Shown piece after piece: positions 19,950-29,822 of a stretch of 57,684 nt of DNA (position 1 is its first letter; every line of letters begins with the position of its first letter). The DNA comes from Clostridiales bacterium (GTDB taxonomy: Bacteria; Bacillota; Clostridia; Saccharofermentanales; Saccharofermentanaceae), in assembly GCA_017513085.1 (NCBI GenBank), contig JAFWDK010000026.1, positions 1-57,684 on the forward strand. The letters run 5' to 3'. A model generated the notes under the pieces. That model was not told where the DNA came from. It did not search any database and saw only the letters and a list, made by a program, of their open reading frames with translations. The position numbers and the translations under genes were made by a program.

Positions 19950-20042
19950 TAAACAAAACCGACGGAACTTTATTCGATGTGCGATTCCGCAGGGCGTAGC
20001 CCGAGGACCGGCACGGGAATATGTTCCGTCGGTTCTTGTTTA
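19950..20042. terminator. Long imperfect hairpin between convergent genes (terminator or REP-like element)
   Basis: aaccgacggaac ... gttccgtcggtt outer stem; apex gggc-gta-gccc. Confidence 0.6.
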
Positions 20043-20055
20043 ATACTGGTTTGAG

Positions 20056-21258
20056 TTACTCAACTTCCACCGGATTAAAATCTTCGATCCATGGCAGACC
20101 CCATTTATTGAGTGCATCCATGAACGGATCCGGATCGAATTCTTCGATGTTGTAGACACCCGGACGCTTCCATGTACCCTGCATGATGAGCATCGCGCCG
20201 ATCATGGCCGGTACGCCTGTTGTGTAGGAGATGGCCTGGGAGCCGACTTCCTTATAGCATTCCTGATGGTCGCAAACATTATAGAGATAATACTTCTTTT
20301 CTTTGCCATCTTTCTTGCCCTTGAAGATACAACCGATGTTGGTCTTTCCGACTGTGCGCGGACCGAGAGTGGCCGGATCCGGGAGCATGAATTTCAGGAA
20401 CTGGAGCGGTACGATCTCGTGACCTTCGTAGATGACAGGCTCGATGGATGTCATACCGACATTCTCGAGACACTTGAGGTGTGTCAGATAGCTCTGTCCG
20501 AAAGTCATGAAAAAGCGGATACGCTTGATGCCCGGGATGTTCTTGCCCAGAGACTCGAGTTCTTCGTGGTGGAGAAGATACATATCCTTTTCACCGACCT
20601 GGTCAAAGTTATAGACTCTCTTGATCTCCATCGGCTCAGTCTCGATCCACTTTCCGTCTTCCCAGTAGCTACCCTTGGCAGATACTTCACGAATGTTGAT
20701 CTCCGGGTTGAAGTTGGTAGCGAATGGATAGCCGTGGTCGCCGCCGTTGCAGTCGAGGATATCGATATAATTGATTTCGTCGAACTGATGCTTGAGAGCA
20801 TAGGCAGAGAAGACGCCGGTTACACCCGGATCAAAACCGGAACCAAGAAGGGCGGTGATACCGGCCTCCTTGAAACGGTCGTGGTAGGCCCATTGCCATT
20901 TATATTCGAATTTAGCTGTATCGACCGGCTCGTAGTTCGCGGTATCCACATATGGTGTTTTCGTTGCAAGACAAGCGTCCATGATCGTAAGATCCTGATA
21001 AGGAAGCGCCAGATTCAGACATACATCCGGCTTGAATTCTTCCATGATGGCTACCAGTTCATCTACTTTATCCGCATCCACTTTTCTTGTATGGATGATC
21101 GTCTTGGTCGTCGGCTGGAGCTTCTCTTTCAGCGCATCACACTTGCTGAGTGTACGGCTCGCGATCATGATCTCCGTGAAGACCTCGCTGTTCTGACAAC
21201 ATTTGGCGATCGCCACAGAAGCGACACCGCCACAACCGATGATAAGTGCTTTTCCCAT
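20056..21258 (-). CDS. Carboxy(nor)spermidine dehydrogenase (saccharopine dehydrogenase family)
   Basis: IIGCGGVA Rossmann motif, ALPYQDL, GFDPG, ATNFNPEIN, HHEELESL; polyamine context; start at ATG 21258. Confidence 0.92.
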   Translation of the reverse strand: MGKALIIGCGGVASVAIAKCCQNSEVFTEIMIASRTLSKCDALKEKLQPTTKTIIHTRKVDADKVDELVAIMEEFKPDVCLNLALPYQDLTIMDACLATKTPYVDTANYEPVDTAKFEYKWQWAYHDRFKEAGITALLGSGFDPGVTGVFSAYALKHQFDEINYIDILDCNGGDHGYPFATNFNPEINIREVSAKGSYWEDGKWIETEPMEIKRVYNFDQVGEKDMYLLHHEELESLGKNIPGIKRIRFFMTFGQSYLTHLKCLENVGMTSIEPVIYEGHEIVPLQFLKFMLPDPATLGPRTVGKTNIGCIFKGKKDGKEKKYYLYNVCDHQECYKEVGSQAISYTTGVPAMIGAMLIMQGTWKRPGVYNIEEFDPDPFMDALNKWGLPWIEDFNPVEVE

Positions 21259-21287
21259 AGTATTTATCTCCTTTTCCGTTTTTTCGT

Positions 21288-22154
21288 TTATTTTCCGTAT
21301 TTCATGATCAGTACTTCCCGCAGGATCTTGAGTGCGACAGCCGTGCTGCAACCGCTCGCATCATAAGGCGGGGAGAGTTCTACGAAGTCGAGTCCTACGA
21401 GGTTTGCGTTCTGAAACAACATCAGACGCTCTCTGAGCTTCTCAAAAGACAATCCACCGGCTTCCGGTGTGCCTGTGCCCGGGAAGATCGACGGGTCGAG
21501 AACATCGAGATCGATCGTAAGATATACCGGAACCGGCTTTCCGGAAAGACTCAGAAGAGTCAGGACTTCGTCGAGATTCTCCGCAGTGAAGCGCTCCATC
21601 TTGGTATGTGTTTTAGCGAACTCAAATTCTTCTTTCGTGCCGGAACGGATACCGAACTGATAGATCCGGCCGTCTCCCACGATGTCATGGATGCGTCGCA
21701 GGACACATGCGTGGGAGAGCTTGGCTCCGATATAATCTTCACGAAGATCACAGTGAGCATCAAAATGGATCACCACGACGTCCGGGTATTTTGCCGCTAC
21801 TGCGCGAAAAGCACCGAGGCTGACAAGGTGTTCGCCGCCGAGCATGATCGGTAGTTTCCCGTCGTTCAGGATTTGTTGTGTTTCCTCTTCAATCAGTTTC
21901 AGGGCAACTTCCGCATCGCCGAAAGGCAGATCCAGATCGCCGGAATCACAGACGGGTGCGTCTTCCAGATCCTTGTCCTGATAGGGACTGAAGGATTCCA
22001 GTCCGATGCTCTCATTCCTCATTGCGGAAGGTCCGAATCTTGTGCCTGGCCGGAAAGATGTCGTTCCATCGAAAGGAGCACCGAAAAGAACTGCTTTCGC
22101 GTCTTCGTAGGAACAGTTCAATGCGAAAAAGTTCTTCTCAATACGATCGACCAC
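21288..22154 (-). CDS. speB: Agmatinase
   Basis: GGEH, DAHCD, DLDVLDP..PGTGTPE ureohydrolase motifs. Confidence 0.93.
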   Translation of the reverse strand: MVDRIEKNFFALNCSYEDAKAVLFGAPFDGTTSFRPGTRFGPSAMRNESIGLESFSPYQDKDLEDAPVCDSGDLDLPFGDAEVALKLIEEETQQILNDGKLPIMLGGEHLVSLGAFRAVAAKYPDVVVIHFDAHCDLREDYIGAKLSHACVLRRIHDIVGDGRIYQFGIRSGTKEEFEFAKTHTKMERFTAENLDEVLTLLSLSGKPVPVYLTIDLDVLDPSIFPGTGTPEAGGLSFEKLRERLMLFQNANLVGLDFVELSPPYDASGCSTAVALKILREVLIMKYGK

Positions 22155-23050
22155 TATGCCTCACCTCCTAATGTGTTTGTAGTATCGTTATTCGGAAGCT
22201 CTTCCATTGCTTCCAGAAGTTTCTGCACGTAGTTCGGCAGTGCAAAAGCGCCACGGTGCAGATTGGTGTTATAGTACTTCGTTTCAATGCCCAGTGCCTT
22301 CCACTCGGATGCTCGCATATCGCGTACCGGGTGATACTTTTTGGAAGCGAATCCGAAGAGCCAGTGCCCGGACGGATAAGTCGGGATATGCGCCTGATAG
22401 ACACGGCAGATCGGGAAGTTCGCATGGATGCGCTTATGCGCTCTTTGCATGGCGCGCGCGTCATTGGCATAGAACGGACTTTCATTCTGGTTGACCATGA
22501 TGCCGTCTTCTTTGAGTGCAGTATAACAGTTTCCGTAGAATTCCTTGGTAAAGAGCCCCTCACCCGGACCGAAGGGATCCGTGGAGTCAACAATGATCAG
22601 GTCATATTCATTATCGTGATGACGTACATATTTGAGTCCATCCTCGAAATGACATTCCACACGTGGATCATCGAATCCACAGGCAGTGAAGGGGAGATAC
22701 TCTTTCGCAACTTTCACGACTTCTTCATCGATCTCCACCACATCGATGTGTTCAATGCAGTCGTATTGCACAAGTTCTCTGACCACGCCACCGTCGCCGG
22801 CACCGATGACCAGTACTTTCCGTACGTTCGGATGGACACACATAGGCACATGAGCCATCATCTCGTGGTAGATAAATTCGTCTTTCTGCGTAAGCATCAT
22901 GTAACCGTCAAGGGTAAGAAAACGACCGAATTCCTCAGATTCAAAGACATCTATACGCTGAAACTCACTTTGTCCGCTGTATAATTGCTTGTCCACCTTA
23001 ATGGCTAGCTTTACGGAAGGTGTATGAAATTCAGAAAACCAAAGATCCAT
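22154..23050 (-). CDS. speE: Polyamine aminopropyltransferase (spermidine synthase)
   Basis: DEFIYHEM, GAGDGG, VEID, DSTDP, PTYPSG; start at ATG 23050. Confidence 0.93.
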   Translation of the reverse strand: MDLWFSEFHTPSVKLAIKVDKQLYSGQSEFQRIDVFESEEFGRFLTLDGYMMLTQKDEFIYHEMMAHVPMCVHPNVRKVLVIGAGDGGVVRELVQYDCIEHIDVVEIDEEVVKVAKEYLPFTACGFDDPRVECHFEDGLKYVRHHDNEYDLIIVDSTDPFGPGEGLFTKEFYGNCYTALKEDGIMVNQNESPFYANDARAMQRAHKRIHANFPICRVYQAHIPTYPSGHWLFGFASKKYHPVRDMRASEWKALGIETKYYNTNLHRGAFALPNYVQKLLEAMEELPNNDTTNTLGGEA

Positions 23051-23383
23051 AGTCTGCTCCTTCGATTTGCTTAATTTCGGCCTTGCGTCCCGGGAAGTAA
23101 ACAGACCCGGATTGGAAACCGACACATATATAATACCACCAGATATCCTCCCTTCATAACTTAACTTGAAGTAAGTAGGAGAGTGTATTTCTGCAAATCC
23201 ACGTAATCCTGTCGCTGCTCAGCGGCCTGACAAAGTTAAATATCTGCAAAAAAGATAAGAAATAAGCAAAGTTGATCATTTGTGATGCTTTATAATTTGC
23301 ATTGTCTTCGGGGGGAATTGTTTGTCTTTAGAGACATGAATTGAGACGTACCTTTTATTGGATAATATTGGAGGAATGTTGCA

Positions 23384-26300
23384 ATGATGACGAAGACCAG
23401 GGGATTTCTGTCTAAAAGTGCGGGCTTTTTGGCTGCCACTTTATTGGTAAATATGTTTATTCCGTTTTTCGGAAAGGCATATGCTTGGGATTATTCCACA
23501 GTAGATGAATCAGGATCTGTACAGTCGCAAGATGTGATCAAGAAAAAGTTCGATCTTGGAGGCAAAGGTACAGCATCGGGATATATCGGCGTTTCAGCCA
23601 AGGATGCTTACGATCCTTCTAAAGGATACGGAATCAGTGATACCAGCCGTACGCAGAATGTAGATGCACTCGGAAAAGACGCATTAAGTGATGCCATCGC
23701 TTTCGCAGGCGCGAATAGTAACCTGAGAGTGGATCTGCCTGCCGGGTACTACAAAATCACGGTTACGACAGGTAATGTGGTTTCCACGACCGTCTGTGCG
23801 GAAGGCATAAGCCAGCTCTTCTTTCTGACCGGTAATAATGCGTCAGACTCTTTCACAATACCGATAACGGACGGAGCGCTCAATATCTATGCCACTTCCG
23901 GCATGGGCAGTGAGTTTTCTCTATGTACGGTTGAAATCGAACAGGCGACGGATAAGCCGACCATCTGGATCAGTGGAGATGAGATGGTTGCGAAGTTTTA
24001 CAATGTTTCGGATGAGGAATCGAAACGTGGTTGGGGAGAATTCTTAGGGAATCACATAAACACGAATAAATACAATATCCGGAATATCTCCGCCAGCGGG
24101 ATAAAAGCATATGCGTTGAATGAGTCTTTGTTTCCCACTATCGAACACTACGGCAAAAGCGGCGACATCCTGCTTCTTGCCATAGGTTACAGTGACTACT
24201 CACAGGCATATAGCGATTATGTCAAGAATGGAACACCGATGGATCTGTCTGATTATATTGCCCAGACAACAGACATGGTCAAGCGTGCCAAGTCCAAAGG
24301 TATGACAGTCAAGCTGGTAAAGATGCATTGTCATAAGGACGACCGTCATAAGTATCCGATGAAATCGAGTGGTTTTCACAATGATGAGATCGATAAGATC
24401 GCTTCCGCAGAGAAAGTGGGCGTAGTCGATCCGTTCCGTCCATGGCTTGAGTTTATCACCGTGCAGTACTACTTCGGTACAGAAGAATATTACACGAATG
24501 ACGACGTGCATCTCAATGCACTTGGCGCAGACAAACTTGCAGAGATGATCAGTTCGATCCTTTTCCCGAAAAAGAAGCCTGTGACGCCGACTCCGACACC
24601 ACTTCCGGAGCCGCAGACCGTGGTTTTCCAGACGGAAAGATCCGGACAGGCGATCGCCAATCCGCACAAGGGGTATGTCATGACGGTATATAATCCGTAC
24701 ATGCTCAGTCCGGATTTCGAATACGGTATCGGCGGTTCGAAGAATAACCGTTCGTGGGACGTAGTGACGATCGCGAGCGGATCCCCGCACTGGGATGATC
24801 TGAATCCGGCTCCTGGCGTATATGACTGGAAAGAAATCGACGATATCCTGGAAGCCTGCTGGGCGCATGGAATAACATACGGTATCCGGATCATGCCATA
24901 TTCGTCTGTGAATAAGAAAGATTACGTGCCGCAGTGGATCTACGATGCGGGAGCGAAAAAGAATGTCGCACCGTCTTCTGAGGATCCGACTGTGAATGTC
25001 GAGTTCCCGAAGTGGGATGACCCGATCTATCTTCAGGCACATAAGGATTTTGTAAAAGCACTGGCAGAAAAATATGACAATGACCCAAGAGTTGAATTTA
25101 TCGATGTCCGCCCATTCGGTGATTTTGGCGAATGGCACAATTCCTTCGCAGTCAACGGCAAGGATTACATGCCTTCCGTAGCGATCCAGAAAGATATGCT
25201 GAAGTTCTATGCGGATGCTTTCGATAATTCAATCCTTGCTCTTCCCAACGGCGCAAAAGGTGAAGTATATCAGTATGCTCTTTCATTGGGAATCAGCGCA
25301 CGGGATGACGGCCTGATCATGACGCCGAACAGAGAATGGAACCTCATTCCTACATATGAGGCCAATCTCCCGGTTCTTGGAGAGAACTACTGGCCATATA
25401 CTTGGATGCGCGACGTAGAAAGAACCGGAGATGGATTCCCTGTAAACTGGACGCAGCAGCGCTTCCGAGAGACGATCGAGATTTCACATCTGTCCATTTT
25501 TGCGCTGGATCAGGACAGCAATTGCAGTTATATATTCTACCAGGAACAGAAGCCGATCATCGATGAAATGTGTAACCGTCTGGGGTATAACTATACGGTG
25601 ACTTCGGCGGCACTTCATGGCAAGAAGCTTCTGGTGACGATCAAAAACAGCGGACTCGCGCCGAGCTTCTTCGATATCAACCTGTGTGCGGAAATCACGG
25701 ATGCGAACGGAAATAAGATCGGCAACTTCGGTAACCCGATACGGATCGAGTCCGGTTCTTTCCATGATGGAGTTGAGAAATCCTTCCTGTTCGAGTACAG
25801 TGGTACACTTGATGCGAATGCGACGTTGTGTCTTGCCATGTACGACATCGATAACCCGTTGGTCGCGGGCAAAGATCCGACTGTGAGATTCGACAACAAG
25901 AATAATCTTCCGAACAACCGATTGAAACTGGTAGAGATATGGAAGGCGCCGACACCGACTCCTACCAAGAATGCTACACCTACTCCGACAAAAACGGTAA
26001 CAACTACACCCGCGAAGAAAGCGACACCTACTCCGACAGGTAAGGTAACGCCTACGCCGGCAAAGAACGTGACACCTGTTCCAACGAAGAAGGTTACCCC
26101 GACACCGGCGAAGAATGTCACTCCGGTGCCGACCGGGAAGGCGACTCCTACTCCCGTCGAAACAGTTACGCCTACGCCAGCCGGGAAAGTGACCCCTGTT
26201 CCAACAGGTACGGTGACACCGACTCCGACGAAAGAACCGACGAAGGCGCCTACCGTTACTCCGACGATCACCCCGTCCCCGACGCCTGCCCGCTCGATTG

Positions 26301-27040
26301 CCGAGTTTATCGAACGCCTCTATACGGTCGCACTGGACCGTGCATCCGAACCTGAAGGCAAGGCATTCTGGGTGAATGAGATCGAGAGCGGAAATCGTAC
26401 CGGCGGCGATTGTGCCTATTTCTTCCTGATCGAAGCGGAGGAGTTCCTCAATCGAGGATTAACGGATGAAGATTTCGTAGAGACACTTTATCTGACATTC
26501 TTCGACCGTGATTCCGAAGCAGAGGGAAAAGCGTTCTGGGTCGGAGAACTCAAGAAAGGCAAGATGACCAGGATCAACGTGATCTGGGGATTTATAGACT
26601 CAAGAGAATGGTGCAATCTATGCGCTGATTATGGAGTAAAATCAGGCGCGCCGACTGCCAAAGCGGAGCATGCATCACAGAATGCCATTGATTTTGCCAC
26701 AAGATTATACACATGCTGTTTAGGCCGGGATCCGGAGGAAGGTGGCTTAAAATACTGGTCACTTGCTCTTACCAATCTTGAAGAGACCGGTTGCTCGGCG
26801 GCCGGATCATTCTTCGGAAGCGAAGAATTTAAAAATCTCAAGACCAGTGATGTGGAATACGTCGAAAGATTGTATTCGACATTCATGGGGCGTGATGCGC
26901 AGACGAGCGAAGTCAGCTACTGGACTTCCGAACTGAAAAGAAATACACAGACGCGATACAGCATCCTGCAATTCTTTGGTCAATCACAGGAATTTACCGA
27001 GATCTGTAAGAAGTACGGGATCGATCAGGGAATGATCTGA
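23384..27040 (+). CDS. Secreted multidomain carbohydrate-active protein: beta-sandwich + SGNH-like (CE12-like) + clan-A-like glycoside hydrolase (DUF4832-type) + Pro/Thr linker + DUF4214-type repeats
   Basis: Signal peptide; YesT/RhgT-like GW.E.L and DxxH; NPHKG, W..LNP.PGVYDW, P.WDDP, GEWH, RLGY; C-terminal FIERLY..AL.R repeats. Confidence 0.75.
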   Translation: MMTKTRGFLSKSAGFLAATLLVNMFIPFFGKAYAWDYSTVDESGSVQSQDVIKKKFDLGGKGTASGYIGVSAKDAYDPSKGYGISDTSRTQNVDALGKDALSDAIAFAGANSNLRVDLPAGYYKITVTTGNVVSTTVCAEGISQLFFLTGNNASDSFTIPITDGALNIYATSGMGSEFSLCTVEIEQATDKPTIWISGDEMVAKFYNVSDEESKRGWGEFLGNHINTNKYNIRNISASGIKAYALNESLFPTIEHYGKSGDILLLAIGYSDYSQAYSDYVKNGTPMDLSDYIAQTTDMVKRAKSKGMTVKLVKMHCHKDDRHKYPMKSSGFHNDEIDKIASAEKVGVVDPFRPWLEFITVQYYFGTEEYYTNDDVHLNALGADKLAEMISSILFPKKKPVTPTPTPLPEPQTVVFQTERSGQAIANPHKGYVMTVYNPYMLSPDFEYGIGGSKNNRSWDVVTIASGSPHWDDLNPAPGVYDWKEIDDILEACWAHGITYGIRIMPYSSVNKKDYVPQWIYDAGAKKNVAPSSEDPTVNVEFPKWDDPIYLQAHKDFVKALAEKYDNDPRVEFIDVRPFGDFGEWHNSFAVNGKDYMPSVAIQKDMLKFYADAFDNSILALPNGAKGEVYQYALSLGISARDDGLIMTPNREWNLIPTYEANLPVLGENYWPYTWMRDVERTGDGFPVNWTQQRFRETIEISHLSIFALDQDSNCSYIFYQEQKPIIDEMCNRLGYNYTVTSAALHGKKLLVTIKNSGLAPSFFDINLCAEITDANGNKIGNFGNPIRIESGSFHDGVEKSFLFEYSGTLDANATLCLAMYDIDNPLVAGKDPTVRFDNKNNLPNNRLKLVEIWKAPTPTPTKNATPTPTKTVTTTPAKKATPTPTGKVTPTPAKNVTPVPTKKVTPTPAKNVTPVPTGKATPTPVETVTPTPAGKVTPVPTGTVTPTPTKEPTKAPTVTPTITPSPTPARSIAEFIERLYTVALDRASEPEGKAFWVNEIESGNRTGGDCAYFFLIEAEEFLNRGLTDEDFVETLYLTFFDRDSEAEGKAFWVGELKKGKMTRINVIWGFIDSREWCNLCADYGVKSGAPTAKAEHASQNAIDFATRLYTCCLGRDPEEGGLKYWSLALTNLEETGCSAAGSFFGSEEFKNLKTSDVEYVERLYSTFMGRDAQTSEVSYWTSELKRNTQTRYSILQFFGQSQEFTEICKKYGIDQGMI
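25948..26290 (+). repeat. Pro/Thr-rich linker repeats (TPTP/TPVP units)
   Basis: Many TP(T/V)P.K.V units in translation. Confidence 0.85.
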
Positions 27041-27057
27041 ATCAGATAGCAGGCTCA

Positions 27058-28515
27058 CTACCTTACGACCTTCAAGGTCGTAAGGGAAGCGTCTTCTGCG
27101 CCGGTGATCTGACAACCTTTCTCCTGAGCATACACGAGATATTCGAGCACCTCCGCGGTGATCTTTTCGCCGGGAGCCAGGATCGGAATTCCCGGAGGAT
27201 AGCACATAATACTCTCCGCTGCGATGCGACCTTCCGCCGAGGCAAAATCTACGTGTTCGCTGTCTGCGTAGAAGGCTTCTTGTGGGGAGAGGGCTACGAT
27301 TGGTGCGATGTAATTGCTCGGAAGGGATGTGATGGGATCTTTACCGAAACGACGACGGATCTCTGCAAGCGAGCCGACCAGACGCTCGATCTCCCGGACG
27401 CGGTCACCTACAGAAAGATAGGCCAGGCAGTTTCCGAAATCGCCAAACTCCATCTGAATATCGTACTCGTCACGAAGCAGGTCATAGACTTCGATTCCGG
27501 CCAGACCGACAGGAAGCGTGTGAATGACAAGTTTGGTCTTATCAAAGTCATATACTGTATTGCCATCCACCAATTCAGAACCGAAAGCATAGTATCCACC
27601 GATCGAATTGATCTCCTCGCGGGCATACTCTGCCATATCAATGACTTTGTCGAAAAGCTCACGGCCATGTAAAGCCAGTCTTTTTCTGGAAAGATCCAGA
27701 CTCGATAAGAACAGGTAAGATCCGGAGGTGGTCTGTGTCAGGTTAATGATCTGACGTACATACTCGGGATTCATGTTTTCTCCGATGATGAGAAAAGAAC
27801 TCTGTGTCAGTGAGCCGCCGGACTTGTGCATGGACACCGCAGCCATATCCGCTCCGGCCTCGGTTGCAGAGACGGGGAGACGGTCCGAGAAGGAAAGGTG
27901 TGTTCCATGCGCCTCATCCACAATGACTTTCATATCGTGCTCGTGGGCAAGTTTTACGATGCCCCGAAGGTCAGAACAGATTCCATAATAAGTCGGGTTA
28001 TTTACGAAGACGGCCTTCGCATCGGGGTTGTCGCGGATCGCTATCTCGATATCGGAAAGCTTCATGCCGAGGGCAATACCATATGTTTCGTGAGATCCGG
28101 GATCCACATAGACCGGAACCGCGCCACAGAGCACCATGGCATTAATGACACTTCTATGTACGTTGCGCGGAACGATCAGTTTTTCACCTCGTTTTACAAC
28201 GGAGAAGACCATGGCTTGTACAGAAGAAGTGGTGCCGCCCACCATGAAGAAAGCGTGCCTGGCGCCGAAAGCTTCCGCTGCCAGATCCTCGGCTTCCTTG
28301 ATGACGGAGACCGGATGACAGAGGTTATCCAGAGGCTTCATGGAATTGACATCCAGGATCATGGTACGCTCGCCTAAGAAAGAAGTGAGCTCCGGATTCC
28401 CACGGCCATGCTTATGTCCGGGCACATCGAAAGGAACGACCCGCTCGGAAGAGTAGGCCTCCAATGCTTCCGCGATCGGTGCACGGGACTGTCTTTTCAG
28501 ATAATCTTTCTCCAC
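27058..28515 (-). CDS. speA: Arginine decarboxylase (Orn/Lys/Arg decarboxylase family, PLP)
   Basis: PGHKHG, RNVHRS, DEAHG, SMHKS, YPPGIP; clustered with speD/speE/speB. Confidence 0.88.
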   Translation of the reverse strand: MEKDYLKRQSRAPIAEALEAYSSERVVPFDVPGHKHGRGNPELTSFLGERTMILDVNSMKPLDNLCHPVSVIKEAEDLAAEAFGARHAFFMVGGTTSSVQAMVFSVVKRGEKLIVPRNVHRSVINAMVLCGAVPVYVDPGSHETYGIALGMKLSDIEIAIRDNPDAKAVFVNNPTYYGICSDLRGIVKLAHEHDMKVIVDEAHGTHLSFSDRLPVSATEAGADMAAVSMHKSGGSLTQSSFLIIGENMNPEYVRQIINLTQTTSGSYLFLSSLDLSRKRLALHGRELFDKVIDMAEYAREEINSIGGYYAFGSELVDGNTVYDFDKTKLVIHTLPVGLAGIEVYDLLRDEYDIQMEFGDFGNCLAYLSVGDRVREIERLVGSLAEIRRRFGKDPITSLPSNYIAPIVALSPQEAFYADSEHVDFASAEGRIAAESIMCYPPGIPILAPGEKITAEVLEYLVYAQEKGCQITGAEDASLTTLKVVR

Positions 28516-28518
28516 GGC

Positions 28519-29310
28519 TTACTCGTTCTCATCCTCAGGTGTTTCGAAAACATTGGCACCGGAGAAGATCTCAATCATTTCTTTTCTCAGATTGTTAGTG
28601 ATCTCCAGACGTGTCTTCGGTGCGATCTCATATACATCTGTCTTAAACAGATAGTTCTGCAGATCCACATCCTTGATCAGCATCTTGGTGTGGTACAGAT
28701 TCGCCTGATACACATTGATATCGATCGCGTCATAACGCTCGAGAGTTTTCTTGTCGATATAGTTCTGGATCGAAACGATGTTCTTATCCCGGAAGATCTT
28801 CTTGCCGGAAACGTCACGTGTAAAACCACGAACGCGATAATCCATCGTGATGATATCCGAATCGAAACTTCCGATCAGGTAATCGAGAGTCGAAAGAGGG
28901 GAGATCTCACCGCAGGTCGCGACATCGATATCTACACGGAAAGTCGCAATAGCGGTATCCGGGTGATACTCCGGATAGGTATGTACCGTAACATGGCTCT
29001 TATCCAGATGTGCCACGACGGTCTCTGTCTCGATATGCGGGATCATGGACTCCTCCGCGATGAGAAGAGTAACCGAAGCACCCTGCGGCTCATAGTCCTG
29101 CTTGGAGATACTTAAGACCTTCGCACCGATCATTTCGGTGAGGTTGGTGAGGATCTTCGTAAGACGCTCCGAGTTATACTGCTCGTTAATGTATGCGATA
29201 TAGTCCTTCTGCTCACGGGCAGTCTTGGCATAACACACATCGTAGATGTTAAAACTCAAGGATTTGGTGAGATTATTAAATCCATAAAGGCGAAGTTTCT
29301 CGTGCGCCAT
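28519..29310 (-). CDS. speD: S-adenosylmethionine decarboxylase proenzyme (E. coli-type)
   Basis: [20 protein letters not shown] self-cleavage site, HTYPE, TCG; start likely ATG 29310 (SD aaagga), alternative 29319. Confidence 0.95.
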   Translation of the reverse strand: MAHEKLRLYGFNNLTKSLSFNIYDVCYAKTAREQKDYIAYINEQYNSERLTKILTNLTEMIGAKVLSISKQDYEPQGASVTLLIAEESMIPHIETETVVAHLDKSHVTVHTYPEYHPDTAIATFRVDIDVATCGEISPLSTLDYLIGSFDSDIITMDYRVRGFTRDVSGKKIFRDKNIVSIQNYIDKKTLERYDAIDINVYQANLYHTKMLIKDVDLQNYLFKTDVYEIAPKTRLEITNNLRKEMIEIFSGANVFETPEDENE

Positions 29311-29394
29311 TTGATCCATCCTTTCTAAGGTGGGTCTTCACTTGAGATAGAATCCATCCGGGAAACGCACATACGCCACGGAGAAGAGGTCCTG

Positions 29395-29604
29395 CGCCAA
29401 AGCTCATCGCACTCTTATTGATTATTCACAAGTAAAGTAACCAACTTATAAACATTAAGGGAATTCGAACTTCCCACTCAATAAGGCAGTATTTACTGCC
29501 GCTTCGGCATTTGACCCGGCTGTCCGTATGGCCTACTAACCACGGGATCCGTGGCGGTCAAACATTGCGTGTGAAGAGCTTCTTCCAAAAGCACTTTGCG
29601 CAAT
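29395..29604 (-). ncRNA. Structured cis-regulatory leader RNA, candidate ldcC motif
   Basis: Nested stems gtttgacc/ggtcaaat, ccacgg/ccgtgg, ggcagta/tactgcc, gggaa/ttccc in a long 5' UTR of speD; context matches the published ldcC motif. Confidence 0.6.
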
Positions 29605-29610
29605 GACAAA

Positions 29611-29639
29611 AAGATATCACGGAAAGAAGGAAATTGCAA
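29611..29639 (-). promoter_or_regulatory. SigA promoter for speD leader
   Basis: Minus strand TTGCAA-17-TATCTT with TG extension. Confidence 0.6.
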
Positions 29640-29822
29640 TAGAATGCATCTAATTTCCATATAAGCGCAGCAGGCGGCTCCGGAAAAGAAGGACAGAGGG
29701 TGAAGTGATTTTCTTGCACTTAATGGGACGAGGCGATAAAATAGTAACGCATTTGCCCTTATTTCCTAAGGATAATAGGGTCATGAATTTTCGGGGATGA
29801 ACCCGTGAAAGCAGGATGGAAA

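Noticed and set aside
23140-27048. cagata at both sides of the antisense gene as a target-site duplication
   Set aside because: A 6-bp match is expected by chance; no transposase or terminal inverted repeats
29455-29565. Minus-strand uORF MFDRHGSRG followed by TAG TAG and 25 more open codons in the speD leader (possible polyamine-dependent read-through)
   Set aside because: No Shine-Dalgarno, double stop, and the sequence is better explained by RNA stems
29395-29604. SAM-I riboswitch or 6S RNA as identity of the speD leader
   Set aside because: SAM-I core elements not found; the TTTGACC match to 6S is short and the predicted fold is multi-hairpin rather than a rod with a central bubble
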